From positions 10,679 through 74,678 of the forward strand of contig MNWP01000006.1 of NCBI GenBank assembly GCA_001872575.1: a stretch of DNA of 64,000 nt, written 5' to 3'. Under the pieces are notes generated by a model. The model was given only the letters and a program-made list of their open reading frames with translations. It did not search any database and was not told the DNA's origin. This DNA comes from Candidatus Peregrinibacteria bacterium CG1_02_54_53 (GTDB lineage Bacteria; Patescibacteriota; Gracilibacteria; Peribacterales; Peribacteraceae). Below, piece by piece: positions 1 to 9,326 of this stretch. The translations under genes were made by a program, and so were the position numbers. Position 1 is the stretch's first letter; each line of letters opens with the position of its first letter.

Positions 1-1
1 C

Positions 2-904
2 GAGGAATTTGATCCTGAAGCCTATGAGCAGGAGCTCAAGAAGCGGGGACTCTCTTTTATCACCATCGATGATCCCGAATTTCCCCAGCAGCTACGAGAG
101 ATTCCCGACGCTCCGGTTTTTCTCTACTGGCGTGGCGATCTGGCAATTCTTGAACAACCCTGCCTCGCGCTCGTGGGAACGCGGGAGATGAGTGACTACG
201 GCAGACGCGTGACAGAGAGTTTCGTTCCGGAGTTCATACGTGCCGGCATGGTGACGGTGAGCGGCCTTGCGTTGGGTATCGATGCCACCGTCGCGCGAGA
301 AACACTATCCTCAAGCGGCAAGACCGTCGCTGTTCTGGGTCATGGGTTGGCGAAAATCTATCCGACTGAAAATGCCCGACTGGCCGAAGAAATCGTTTCG
401 GGTGGAGGGCTTATTCTCTCGGAATTTCCTCTCGATGTGAAACCCGGAAAATTCACATTCCCGGCGCGTAATCGCATTATTGCCGGGCTCTCGCTCGGCA
501 CGGTTGTTCTGGAAGCCCCTCTGGGAAGCGGCGCACTCATTACCGCCGATCTGGCGCTGGATTACGGTCGTGAGGTCTTCGTCGTGCCGGGTCCGATCTT
601 TGATCCCAACTACGCCGGCTGCCATCAAATACTTGGAAAAGGGCATGCCAAGCTGGTCAGTTCCGCCGCCGATATTCTCTCGGAGCTCGGTGTGGTAGTG
701 CCCGAACATGCGCCGTCATCCTATGATCCGCGTAGCGCGGCCGAAGAAACCCTTCTGCGCGTACTGACGACGATGCCCCAGACAGCCGATGATCTGACGG
801 AGCGTGCCGGACTTTCTGCATCGGTTATTGCCTCATCACTCACCATGATGGAACTGGCCGGCGCCGTAAAGCAGGTGGAGAACGGGCAGTGGGTACGACG
901 ATAG
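2..904 (+). CDS. dprA: DNA-processing protein DprA (5' end outside window)
   Basis: Frame is open from base 2 (FPQQLREIPDAPVFLYWRG). Motifs VGTR, VSGLALGID, FPARNRIIAGLS, SGALITA; C-terminal winged helix. Confidence 0.96.
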   Translation, partial: EEFDPEAYEQELKKRGLSFITIDDPEFPQQLREIPDAPVFLYWRGDLAILEQPCLALVGTREMSDYGRRVTESFVPEFIRAGMVTVSGLALGIDATVARETLSSSGKTVAVLGHGLAKIYPTENARLAEEIVSGGGLILSEFPLDVKPGKFTFPARNRIIAGLSLGTVVLEAPLGSGALITADLALDYGREVFVVPGPIFDPNYAGCHQILGKGHAKLVSSAADILSELGVVVPEHAPSSYDPRSAAEETLLRVLTTMPQTADDLTERAGLSASVIASSLTMMELAGAVKQVENGQWVRR

Positions 905-1057
905 GTTTGAGAAGCTGTAGAGGTTAGAGAGGCGGGAGAGGTTATACTTCAGAGAGTTATGGAGGAATCAAACCTCTCAGGCTTCCCTAACCTCTTCAAC
1001 CTCATAAACCCCTCCTCTCAGGCTTCCCTAACCTCTCAAACCTTTACAACCTTCTCC
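905..1057. repeat. 9-nt-period degenerate repeats (GGTTAGAGA-like) in inverted arrangement, with a 23-bp direct repeat
   Basis: ggtttgaga agctgtaga ggttagaga ggcgggaga followed by aacctct-type units; cctctcaggcttccctaacctct at 973 and 1014. Confidence 0.8.
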
Positions 1058-1113
1058 GGACTTGGGCAAAGAATTGGCAGTGGTGTACACTTCCCTCAAT
1101 TTCCCCTCATTTC

Positions 1114-1944
1114 ATGACTGCTTCTCTCGGTACATTGCTCACAGATTCCTGGGGCTCATTCCGTCGTGCGCTGACGCCCATTCTCGTCGGTGCTGTACTC
1201 TTCGGTCTCGTCATGGCGATCGGCCAATCATTCGTCGGCCAGCGTGTTGCTCAGAAGGCCGGATCCGTTTTTGAAAACATGGGGTTCGATCCGCAGCAAA
1301 TGCAGGAGCTCCAGCAGCGTATACAGATGGGCGATGAAGCTGCGATGAATGAATTGGCCCAGCAAATGGAGAAGTTGGGTGGATCCGAAGGTGAGGCCAT
1401 GGCCGGGGCAGTGGGATCGATGTATACGAGTCTTCTGCCCATGCTCGGCGCTTCTATGCTGATTATGTGGGTGATTTCTCTGATCGCCTCGGCGTATTTC
1501 CTTCTCATCGGTCTCAACGACAAGATCACGTTTCAGGCGGCCCGCGCACGAACGCCGGGTCTCATTATTCCGCTCTTCCTCCTTTCGTTGTGGGTGATGA
1601 TCCGCTCGTTCATCTGGATTCCTATCATCGGCATCATCATCGCCATCATTCTCGGTCCGCGCTTCGTCTGTGCGCCTCTCTTGCTCGTACGTGATCACAA
1701 GGGAGTGCTCGAGAGTGCCAGCATGAGCTACGCCAAGACGCGTGGCTTCTGGGGAAAGATCTTCGGCAACATTTTCGTTGCCGCCCTCTGCGCCATGATC
1801 GCTTTTATGGTGCTTGGATTTGTCGTCGGTTTCTTCGGTATGGGCGCTGCTAGCATTCTCATGCCGATGGTCAATATGCTCGCTACGGCGTTCCTTACGA
1901 TCTTCGTGGTAAAACTGGGCACGACGATCCTGTCCAAGGCGTAA
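1114..1944 (+). CDS. Hypothetical multi-pass membrane protein
   Basis: Several hydrophobic segments with a Q/M-rich soluble loop; 276 aa. Confidence 0.8.
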   Translation: MTASLGTLLTDSWGSFRRALTPILVGAVLFGLVMAIGQSFVGQRVAQKAGSVFENMGFDPQQMQELQQRIQMGDEAAMNELAQQMEKLGGSEGEAMAGAVGSMYTSLLPMLGASMLIMWVISLIASAYFLLIGLNDKITFQAARARTPGLIIPLFLLSLWVMIRSFIWIPIIGIIIAIILGPRFVCAPLLLVRDHKGVLESASMSYAKTRGFWGKIFGNIFVAALCAMIAFMVLGFVVGFFGMGAASILMPMVNMLATAFLTIFVVKLGTTILSKA

Positions 1945-1954
1945 AAGCCTTGCA

Positions 1955-2671
1955 TCAGTTGCGCGCCTGAATGGCTGCGAGCACGATCTTCGCAAAATTG
2001 TCGGGGCCAAGTGATATTTTGCCCACGAGGCCTCCGTCGATATCCGGTTGCTGGAGCAGCTCAAGAGCATTCTCAGGGTTCAGAGAACCGCCGTAGAGGA
2101 TACGTGTGGTCTCGCGCCTTGCCTCGGGAATGAGTGATCGGATGAACGCGTGCATATCTTGCGCCTGCTCGGGGGTGGGGGTAACGCCCGTGCCGATGGC
2201 CCAAACAGGCTCATAAGCAATCGTAACGGCCTCTCGCAGCGGGAGCACGCGTACCTGTCGCTCAACGACCTGCTTGTGGCGCTTGGTCTTACGCTCCGCC
2301 TCGGTCTCGCCTACGCAGATCACGGGATGCAGTCCGTTGCGCAGTGCTGCTTCGGCCTGAGCAACGACGTCAGAATCCTCCTCGCCGTGATCGCGACGGC
2401 GCTCGCTATGTCCGCAGAGCACAAACTGACACCCTACTTTTTTGAGCATGGTCATGCTCACATCACCCGTATGGGCGCCAGTGGAGTCTGCATGCCCGTA
2501 CTGGGCACCAGTAGGCAGACCTTCTCCAATGCAGGAGATGAGTTCCAGAAATGTCGGAAAGACGATCGTGTCGACTCCGTGTTGCGGGTGAAATGGTGAG
2601 TCGGATGTCAGTGCTCCGTCGGGCACGGGATTCATCTTCCAGTTGGCGGCAATGAGAGGAGTTCTAGACAT
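1955..2671 (-). CDS. tpiA: Triosephosphate isomerase
   Basis: AANWKMN, GHSERR, AYEPVWAIGTG, YGGS, GGLVG; start taken at MSRTPLIA. Confidence 0.97.
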   Translation of the reverse strand: MSRTPLIAANWKMNPVPDGALTSDSPFHPQHGVDTIVFPTFLELISCIGEGLPTGAQYGHADSTGAHTGDVSMTMLKKVGCQFVLCGHSERRRDHGEEDSDVVAQAEAALRNGLHPVICVGETEAERKTKRHKQVVERQVRVLPLREAVTIAYEPVWAIGTGVTPTPEQAQDMHAFIRSLIPEARRETTRILYGGSLNPENALELLQQPDIDGGLVGKISLGPDNFAKIVLAAIQARN

Positions 2672-2703
2672 AGATCGTATGGAGGAGGAAAACAGCTGAG
2701 GAA

Positions 2704-2789
2704 ATCCTGCCCTCGGCCCTGAGAGGGCTCGGGCCCTCGAACGGGAGCGAAGCCGAAGGGTCGAAGATCCTGAGCGAAGCCGAAGGATT
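2704..2789. repeat. Nested REP-like TGAG-hairpin-CGAA palindromes
   Basis: ccctgagagggctcgggccctcgaacggg, gagcgaagccgaaggg and atcctgagcgaagccgaaggat. Confidence 0.75.
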
Positions 2790-2874
2790 GGTGGCAATGA
2801 GAGGAGTGCGTGGCATACGGGAAGTGTAGCAGACAGCTTTCTCCTGAGGCCAAGCCGCGCTACCATCCAAGCGT

Positions 2875-3312
2875 ATGAAGAAATTCACGCGCATCGTTCT
2901 CGCAGCCGACCACGCCGGTTTTTCTCTTAAAGAAGCCGTAAAGGCTCATTTACAAACGCAAGGAATCGATACGATCGATGTAGGGACGTTCTCAGAAGAG
3001 TCCGTCGACTACCCCGCAATCATTCGCAAGGGTTGTGCGGCTGCTCTCGAACAGAATACTTACGCAATCGTTTTCGGGGGCAGCGGAAACGGCGAGGCCA
3101 TGGCGGCCAATAAGGTCCGTGGTATTCGTGCGGCCCTCGTCTATAGTGACGAGACAGCCAGGCTTGCCCGCGCCCATAACAATGCCAACGTTATGAGCCT
3201 GGGCGGAAGGTTGACGAAACCCGAAGACGCACTGCGTTTCGTCGACCTCTTTCTCTTAACGGATTTCGAGGGCGGCCGGCATGAACGTCGCGTGGAAGAT
3301 TTGGAACCGTGA
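2875..3312 (+). CDS. rpiB: Ribose-5-phosphate isomerase B
   Basis: ADHAG, SVDYP, GGSGNGEAMAANKVRGIRAA, ARAHNNAN, FEGGRHERR. Confidence 0.96.
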   Translation: MKKFTRIVLAADHAGFSLKEAVKAHLQTQGIDTIDVGTFSEESVDYPAIIRKGCAAALEQNTYAIVFGGSGNGEAMAANKVRGIRAALVYSDETARLARAHNNANVMSLGGRLTKPEDALRFVDLFLLTDFEGGRHERRVEDLEP

Positions 3313-3315
3313 GCG

Positions 3316-4242
3316 ATGACGATTTTTTTCGCCCTCATCGGAAAGCTTCTGCCGCTCTATCTTTTTATCGTGGCGGGGTACGCACTCGGCGTGCTGCTTC
3401 ATCTGAAGCGTCGGCCCGTTGCCGTTCTGCTTCTCTATATTCTCTCGCCCATTGTCGTTCTTGAGGGCGGATGGACGGCACCCGTAAGTCGCGGCACACT
3501 TGCGCTTCCGTTGCTTTTTCTTGTGATTTGCAGCGTTCTCTGCGGGTGTTTTTATCTTGTGAGCGCCTTTGTATGGAAGCGGGGTGATACGATGCGCAAT
3601 CTTGCCGCCTTCGCTTCTGCCGACGGCAACAGCGGCTACTTCGGCATTCCCGCGGGTCTCGCACTCTTCGGTCCGCAGTCGCTTGGAATCATCGTGCTCT
3701 GTTCACTGGGATTCTTACTCTACGAGTGTTCCGTGGGATTCTTTACGCTGGCACGAGGCAACTTCACGATTCGCGAGAGTCTGCGCAAGGCCATCGCCCT
3801 CCCTCTGCTCTACGCTTTCGGCTTGGGTATGGCGGCGAATATCTGGCATTTGCAAGAGCCTGCGGTTCTGGTGGCCGTCTTTCGTGATGTTCGCAGTGCG
3901 TACAGCGTAATGGGAATGCTTCTCATCGGCATCAGTCTCGCAGGAGAGCGTCTGTCGGCAGTCGACGGCAGATTGCTTGCATTTACGACAGTGGCCAAGA
4001 CGATCGTCTGGCCCGGACTTATGTTGTTCCTCATCGCACTGGACCGGCATGTACTCCACATCTTCGGCAATGATGTTCACGGCGTGATACTGCTGATGGG
4101 CATGGTGCCTCTTGCCGTGAATACCGTGGTGTACTCTTCGGTACTTAAGGTTCATCCCGAGAGAGCGGCAGTCGCCGTTATGGTGAGCACGCTTCTCGCT
4201 CTGCCGTTCATTCCGCTTCTCTCGGCGTTCTTTCCGGCCTAG
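3316..4242 (+). CDS. AEC-family (auxin efflux carrier-like) transporter
   Basis: About 10 TM helices, GNSGYFGIP, VPLAVNT; 308 aa. Confidence 0.85.
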   Translation: MTIFFALIGKLLPLYLFIVAGYALGVLLHLKRRPVAVLLLYILSPIVVLEGGWTAPVSRGTLALPLLFLVICSVLCGCFYLVSAFVWKRGDTMRNLAAFASADGNSGYFGIPAGLALFGPQSLGIIVLCSLGFLLYECSVGFFTLARGNFTIRESLRKAIALPLLYAFGLGMAANIWHLQEPAVLVAVFRDVRSAYSVMGMLLIGISLAGERLSAVDGRLLAFTTVAKTIVWPGLMLFLIALDRHVLHIFGNDVHGVILLMGMVPLAVNTVVYSSVLKVHPERAAVAVMVSTLLALPFIPLLSAFFPA

Positions 4243-4285
4243 TCCGTCGCTCCCCAAGACCGTCTGCCGATGCTACGATGGTTGC

Positions 4286-4933
4286 ATGTCGTCGCCTGTT
4301 CTCATTGCTCCCTCCATTCTTTCGGCGGATCTCTCGCATTTGCAGGAGGAGGTTGCAAGCATCGAACCGTTTGCCGATTGGCTGCAGATCGATGTGATGG
4401 ACGGCCGTTTTGTGCCGAACACGGCTTTCCCTGTCGAGATGGTGCGTACCATTGAGACGTCGTTGCCGCTCGATGTTCATCTCATGGTGCAAGATCCTGC
4501 AAAGTATGTGCAGGAATTTCTTCCTCTCCATCCACAGAACATCACTTTTCACGCGGAGGCGGCAGCAGACACAGCGTCTCGCCGAGCCCTGATGCAAGCC
4601 ATCCGTGCCGGCGGAGCGACCGTAGGAATCGCCACCAATCCCCCCACGCCTTTGCAGGCGATCGATGATGTATTGGGCGAAGTGGATCTGCTGCTTGTCA
4701 TGTCGGTGAATCCCGGGTTCGGCGGTCAGGCCTTTATTCCGTCCGTCCTCAAAAAAGTCGAGGAAGCACGAAAACGATATCCTCAACTGATGATTCAGAT
4801 GGATGGCGGCGTTGATGCGCAAACTGCACCGCTCTGCATCCGTGCCGGAGCCAACAATCTCGTGGCCGGCAGCTTCATCTTTCGTGCCCCCGACAGGGCC
4901 TCGGCCATCGCTTCTCTCCGTTCCTCCTCATGA
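4286..4933 (+). CDS. rpe: Ribulose-phosphate 3-epimerase
   Basis: APSILSAD, DVMDGRFVPN, DVHLMV, MSVNPGFGGQAF, MDGGV. Confidence 0.97.
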   Translation: MSSPVLIAPSILSADLSHLQEEVASIEPFADWLQIDVMDGRFVPNTAFPVEMVRTIETSLPLDVHLMVQDPAKYVQEFLPLHPQNITFHAEAAADTASRRALMQAIRAGGATVGIATNPPTPLQAIDDVLGEVDLLLVMSVNPGFGGQAFIPSVLKKVEEARKRYPQLMIQMDGGVDAQTAPLCIRAGANNLVAGSFIFRAPDRASAIASLRSSS

Positions 4934-5418
4934 CGTACTCTCGCATATTCATCGGCCTTTCCGTCCTCTTGGTCTTAGCCGGTTGCGGACAAGCACCCGC
5001 CGCTGAATCTGATCAAGGTGCGTCCGCATCCATACAGCTGGCCGCCCCCGACGGGCACGTTGTTGGGCTCTCGGTGGAGCTGGCACGTACAGCCGCCGAA
5101 CAACAGCAGGGCCTCATGGGTCGCACGTCCATGGCGTACGGTGCCGGCATGCTCTTCATCTTTCCCGACAGTGTTCAGCATTCCTTCTGGATGAAAGATA
5201 CGGTGCTTCCGCTCGATATCATCTTCTTCGACGGTGAGGGAAACGTCGTCTCGATGGCTTCGATGGAACCGTGTATCGCTGAGGCGGATACCTCTTGTCC
5301 TTCCACTTTTTCTGATGGCCCGGCCCGTTTCGCTCTCGAGGTGCCCAAGGGCTACCTCGCGGCGGCAGGTGTCGGCCCGGACTGGCGACTGGTCTTGGGT
5401 CCGTGGGCCTCGCGGTAG
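4930..5418 (+). CDS. DUF192 domain lipoprotein
   Basis: Lipobox LAGC; GLMGR, GMLFIF, FWMKDTVLPLDIIF, ALEVPKG. Confidence 0.9.
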   Translation: MTYSRIFIGLSVLLVLAGCGQAPAAESDQGASASIQLAAPDGHVVGLSVELARTAAEQQQGLMGRTSMAYGAGMLFIFPDSVQHSFWMKDTVLPLDIIFFDGEGNVVSMASMEPCIAEADTSCPSTFSDGPARFALEVPKGYLAAAGVGPDWRLVLGPWASR

Positions 5419-5424
5419 CACTGT

Positions 5425-6684
5425 ATGTCTCATCTTCATTCCTCCTCAGCCGGCCTGCGTACGATCATCGAGAGGGGGCTCGCCATCCTGACGGCAATCG
5501 CCATCGCATTGGTGTACATCGCGCTCAAAGATTCGCCTCTGCTCTACGATGAGGTCTTTCATTTTCAGCGTATCGAGAAGTTACTGACAGGGAGCATCGA
5601 ACTTCGTGACTGGGGCGTGATGTTGCCGGGATACCATCTGCTGCTTACAGGATTGTTGAAACTGAGCGGTTCCGCATCCGTTTCGATGGCGCGATTCATC
5701 TCGTTGCTCTTCAGTCTTACGGCTTGCGCGGGTGCTTTTCTTGCAGCCCGTTCTCTGCACAAGTCTTCTGCGCTGCTGCGCACGATCGAGATCGCCACGC
5801 TGCCTATTCTGTTGCCGTTCTTTCCGCTTCTCTACACCGATACCCTCTCGCTCGCACTCGTCCTCTTTGCCCTGGCTGCCGTGCTGCGCAAGCGTGCGTT
5901 ACTCTCGGGCGCCTTTTTCATGTGTGCGGTCCTTGTGCGTCAGAACAACGTCCTGTGGGGGCCTCTATTACTCGCTCTTGCATTACAAGATGAGCCGACG
6001 TGGCACATTACATCGATCGAGCCTTTACGATGGTTTGGTGCCGTCCTGCATCGTTTCTCGCAACCAGCAGCCCTGTGGTCCCTTCTGCGTACAGGATGGT
6101 TCTTTCTCGTGCCGGTTGCCCTCTTCGCGCTGTTCATCGTTATCGCCGGTCGCGCTTCGCTCAACCCCGATCTGGCTTCGGCACATCCCTTTCCCTCGTT
6201 CTCGCTGGGCAATGTCTTTTTCACGCTCTCTCTTTTCACGGTGCTTTTCATTCCACTCGTCGGCGTGCGCGCACGATCATTGCCCGGCCTTCTGCAGCGC
6301 CCGTGGGTTCTTGTGATCCTTGTAATACTCTTCATCCTGTTTTCCGTCGGGTTTTATGTCGATCATCCTGCCAATAGTGAAACCGGCCGTTTACGCGATG
6401 CCATTCTCATGGCTGCAGCAGCGGGAGGAGCACAAGGATTTCTCTTCTGGTGCACGGGTGCGTTGGGCCTATTGACGATATTCGTTACGCCGCTTGAGCG
6501 AAGGATCTTTCTTCTGCTCTATCCGCTCGCGCTGTTGTATCTGGGCGGGAGCTGGCTCATCGAAATACGGTACGCCATCGTACCGCTGGTCCTGTTTCTG
6601 CTCGTGCGCCGTCCGCTCTCGTGGAGGCTGGAGGTGTCACAGGTCATCTTCAATTTGATGCTCTGTTTGTGGGTCTTCACCTGA
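5425..6684 (+). CDS. GT-C membrane glycosyltransferase, ALG10/DIE2-like
   Basis: Multi-TM; YDEVFH, LPGYH, LYTD, RQNNVLW, EIRYAIVP resemble ALG10 motifs in the same order. Confidence 0.72.
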   Translation: MSHLHSSSAGLRTIIERGLAILTAIAIALVYIALKDSPLLYDEVFHFQRIEKLLTGSIELRDWGVMLPGYHLLLTGLLKLSGSASVSMARFISLLFSLTACAGAFLAARSLHKSSALLRTIEIATLPILLPFFPLLYTDTLSLALVLFALAAVLRKRALLSGAFFMCAVLVRQNNVLWGPLLLALALQDEPTWHITSIEPLRWFGAVLHRFSQPAALWSLLRTGWFFLVPVALFALFIVIAGRASLNPDLASAHPFPSFSLGNVFFTLSLFTVLFIPLVGVRARSLPGLLQRPWVLVILVILFILFSVGFYVDHPANSETGRLRDAILMAAAAGGAQGFLFWCTGALGLLTIFVTPLERRIFLLLYPLALLYLGGSWLIEIRYAIVPLVLFLLVRRPLSWRLEVSQVIFNLMLCLWVFT

Positions 6685-7047
6685 TCACGGAAAAACGAAT
6701 GTGTAGTGATGAATGACGGTCAGTGCTCCGATGACTAGTGCGAAGAGTGAGAGCAGCAATACAACACCTGCAGTGACATCCTTGAGCCGGCCCACATGCA
6801 CCGAATAGTGCGGCTCCACCACATCGAGAATTTCTTCAATGATGCTGTTGAAAAGCTCCGCTCCCAGCACGACTGACACGGCGACGAGAATCGAGATCAC
6901 CTCGGTGTAGGTCAAGCCCAGGAGGATGACGATAAGCACCACGAATGTGCCAATCACCACTTCGATGCGGAAGTTGCGTTCTCGTTGCCAGACGAAGGTG
7001 ATCCCTCGCAGGGCGTTTGCCGCACTCTTGGCAAAGAGTCGGACCAT
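6685..7047 (-). CDS. dgkA: Diacylglycerol/undecaprenol kinase (DgkA family)
   Basis: ALRGI..ERNFRI, ELFNSIIEEILD, KDVTAG; three TM helices. Confidence 0.9.
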   Translation of the reverse strand: MVRLFAKSAANALRGITFVWQRERNFRIEVVIGTFVVLIVILLGLTYTEVISILVAVSVVLGAELFNSIIEEILDVVEPHYSVHVGRLKDVTAGVVLLLSLFALVIGALTVIHHYTFVFP

Positions 7048-7054
7048 AAGAAAA

Positions 7055-8023
7055 TTACAGACGGAAAGGAGCAAGATTGCGTTCGATGCGCTCGGCCACC
7101 TTGGCATCGGAGGGAATAACGAAGGGTTTGCCCGTCATGCGCTCGTAGAGATCCAGATACTTGCTCGCGAGCATCAAGCGCACCTCGTCGGTGATGTCGG
7201 GATGTTTGCCTCCGTACTCGAATCCCTGGCTGCGCAACCACAGGCGAAAGAATTCCTTATCCAGACTCTCGGGCTCTTCGCCCTTTGTAAACCGCTCCTC
7301 ATAGGTGTCTTTAACCCAGTAGCGCGATGAATCCGGCGTATGCACTTCATCGGCGATGGTCAGCGTGCCTGCTTCGTCGTATCCCATTTCGTACTTGGTG
7401 TCGACGAGAATGAGTCCGCGCAGAGCAGCGATCTCCTGACCTTTCTTGAACAGAGCGAATGCGCGGTCTGCAATTTCTTCCCACTGTTCCTTCGTTGCAA
7501 ATCCGCGTTCCACAATGCCTTTCGGATCAATCAATTCATCCTCTGCGCCTTTGGTTGTCGGTGTGACAATGGCAGTGGCGAAGCGCTGGTTTTTCACCAT
7601 ACCTTCCGGGAGTGTATTGCCGCAGAAATCTCGTACGCCTTTGTTATAGTTCACCCAGGCGGAGGTGCCGGTTGAACCCGTAAGGTAGTCACGCACGACG
7701 ATTTCTACTTTTAACATCTTCAAATCCTTCACCACCATGGCGTTTGGATCGGGCACGGCAATGATGTGATTGGGCATGACATCTTTCACCTGTCCAAACC
7801 ACCAGGTGCTCAATTGATTCAATGCCTGGCCTTTAAGGGGGATGGAGCACCACCGGATATCGAAGGCCGACTGACGATCCGTGGCAATGAGAATGGCCTG
7901 CCCTTTTTCTTTTTGGATGTAGACGTCACGCACTTTGCCGGCGTATTTCTCGCCGAGTCCTTTGAAATCGGTTTTCTCGAGTGCGGTAGGTAAAAAGGGT
8001 TTGAGGGCTGCAGGGGTGATCAT
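7055..8023 (-). CDS. purC: SAICAR synthetase
   Basis: GKVRDVY, TDRQSAFD, KGQALN, DTKYEMG, DEVHTPDSSRYW, LDKEFFRLW. Confidence 0.97.
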   Translation of the reverse strand: MITPAALKPFLPTALEKTDFKGLGEKYAGKVRDVYIQKEKGQAILIATDRQSAFDIRWCSIPLKGQALNQLSTWWFGQVKDVMPNHIIAVPDPNAMVVKDLKMLKVEIVVRDYLTGSTGTSAWVNYNKGVRDFCGNTLPEGMVKNQRFATAIVTPTTKGAEDELIDPKGIVERGFATKEQWEEIADRAFALFKKGQEIAALRGLILVDTKYEMGYDEAGTLTIADEVHTPDSSRYWVKDTYEERFTKGEEPESLDKEFFRLWLRSQGFEYGGKHPDITDEVRLMLASKYLDLYERMTGKPFVIPSDAKVAERIERNLAPFRL

Positions 8024-8045
8024 GGCCTGATCATACCATGGGTTC

Positions 8046-8762
8046 TCAGAGCGTTTCGTAGGCCGGCAAGCCTTCGGGAGCCTGCAGAGGAGCGTGAACA
8101 GCCCTAAGGGCGGCAGACAGTTTCAGGAGGCTCAGCAGGCGTCTGCCGGAACGAAATTTGCTGCTGCCGTTACGGCGTGGCCGATGATGTGTCGGCACTT
8201 CAGCGATCTTCAGTTCTCGTTTGGCAAGAACGAAGGGCAGAAAGCGAAAGAGTCCGCTTGTGAGCGGCACGGAGATCGCCGTCTCGCGCCGCAGCACCTT
8301 GAGACCCGTATTGGCGTCACGAAGGCGTTTTTGAAATACGGCACTCATGCAGGCATTAAAGAGCCACGACGAGAGTCGTTTCATAAGGTTGTCGGCACGT
8401 TTTTTTCTCCATCCGAGCGCAAGATCGGCGCCTTGTTCCAGAGCTGCGAGAAGTAGTGGAATATCAGCAGGATCATTCTGCAGATCGCCATCCATCATGA
8501 TGCAGATGTCGCCGCGTGCTTCTTTCACTCCCACCGCAAGCGCGCCGCCTTTATCGGTGTTGTGCTCGAGGCGGAATCCTCGGATGCGGGGATCGCTCGT
8601 TTGGAGCTCCCGGATTATCGTTGATGTTTCATCGGTGCTGGCATCGTCGACGAAGAGAATTTCTGTTGCCCGGTGCAGGTGTGTGAGCACTTCGCTCAAT
8701 TCCCGGCAGAGCGGTACGAGGTTGTTTGCTTCGTTGAAGACCGGAATAATGATGGAAAGCAC
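8046..8762 (-). CDS. GT2 glycosyltransferase (polyprenol-P-sugar synthase/ArnC-like)
   Basis: SIIIPVFNE, VDDASTD, MDGDLQNDP; GTG start inferred so that it does not overlap the divergent gene. Confidence 0.9.
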   Translation of the reverse strand: MLSIIIPVFNEANNLVPLCRELSEVLTHLHRATEILFVDDASTDETSTIIRELQTSDPRIRGFRLEHNTDKGGALAVGVKEARGDICIMMDGDLQNDPADIPLLLAALEQGADLALGWRKKRADNLMKRLSSWLFNACMSAVFQKRLRDANTGLKVLRRETAISVPLTSGLFRFLPFVLAKRELKIAEVPTHHRPRRNGSSKFRSGRRLLSLLKLSAALRAVHAPLQAPEGLPAYETL

Positions 8763-8837
8763 GTCAGCAGAATACCCCCGAAATTGCCTCTTGGCAGGCT
8801 TTCGTTCGGGCACGATGCGGGTAGAATAACCGGTCCT

Positions 8838-9293
8838 ATGCGTACGAAATGGCTTGATCTGGCCCCATTCGTCGGCGTAATCCTGCTCGCGATCGTCTGC
8901 GGGTACCTGTTGGGGCGTCTCATCACCGAGCGTCACACTTTGCCGGCATCACCCATGGTGATGCGCGATCTCAGTCGCCCAACCATTCCGACGGTGCATC
9001 TGAACGGCGTCTATAACGGCTCACTTAGGGGTTCGATGCTTGGTGAGGCACGGCTCTTTCTCGGCGGATCTCAGATTACTCCGGATGCGAGCGGCGCCTT
9101 TCTCGTCCCTGCCGGTACACTCCTCACCAATCATATCGAAATCACCATTCCTGCAGGCATGCGTTTTGTCGCTTCACGTCGTGGCCAAAAATACTACCCG
9201 GTTGATTCCGCGTCGGCCTCGGCTCTCTCGCCCGCGAATCGAGTGTACTTTCGTACGGCTCAGGAAGCGGAGGGGGCGGGGTATAGGAAGTGA
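8838..9293 (+). CDS. Membrane-anchored protein with C-terminal Ada metal-binding-like domain
   Basis: N-terminal TM; FVASRRGQKYY...NRVYFRTAQEAEGAGYR. Confidence 0.75.
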   Translation: MRTKWLDLAPFVGVILLAIVCGYLLGRLITERHTLPASPMVMRDLSRPTIPTVHLNGVYNGSLRGSMLGEARLFLGGSQITPDASGAFLVPAGTLLTNHIEITIPAGMRFVASRRGQKYYPVDSASASALSPANRVYFRTAQEAEGAGYRK

Positions 9294-9326
9294 AACGTTT
9301 TATGAAACGTGGTATGCGGTTTCGGG

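Noticed and set aside
1228-2070. Long antisense ORFs (also 23286-23975, 56544-57359, 58108-59019)
   Set aside because: They are shadows of well-supported genes on the opposite strand and carry no motifs.
2672-2866. N-terminal extension of TpiA in the ORF track
   Set aside because: It is translated palindromic repeat sequence (LRLRSG...); homology begins at MSRTPLIA.
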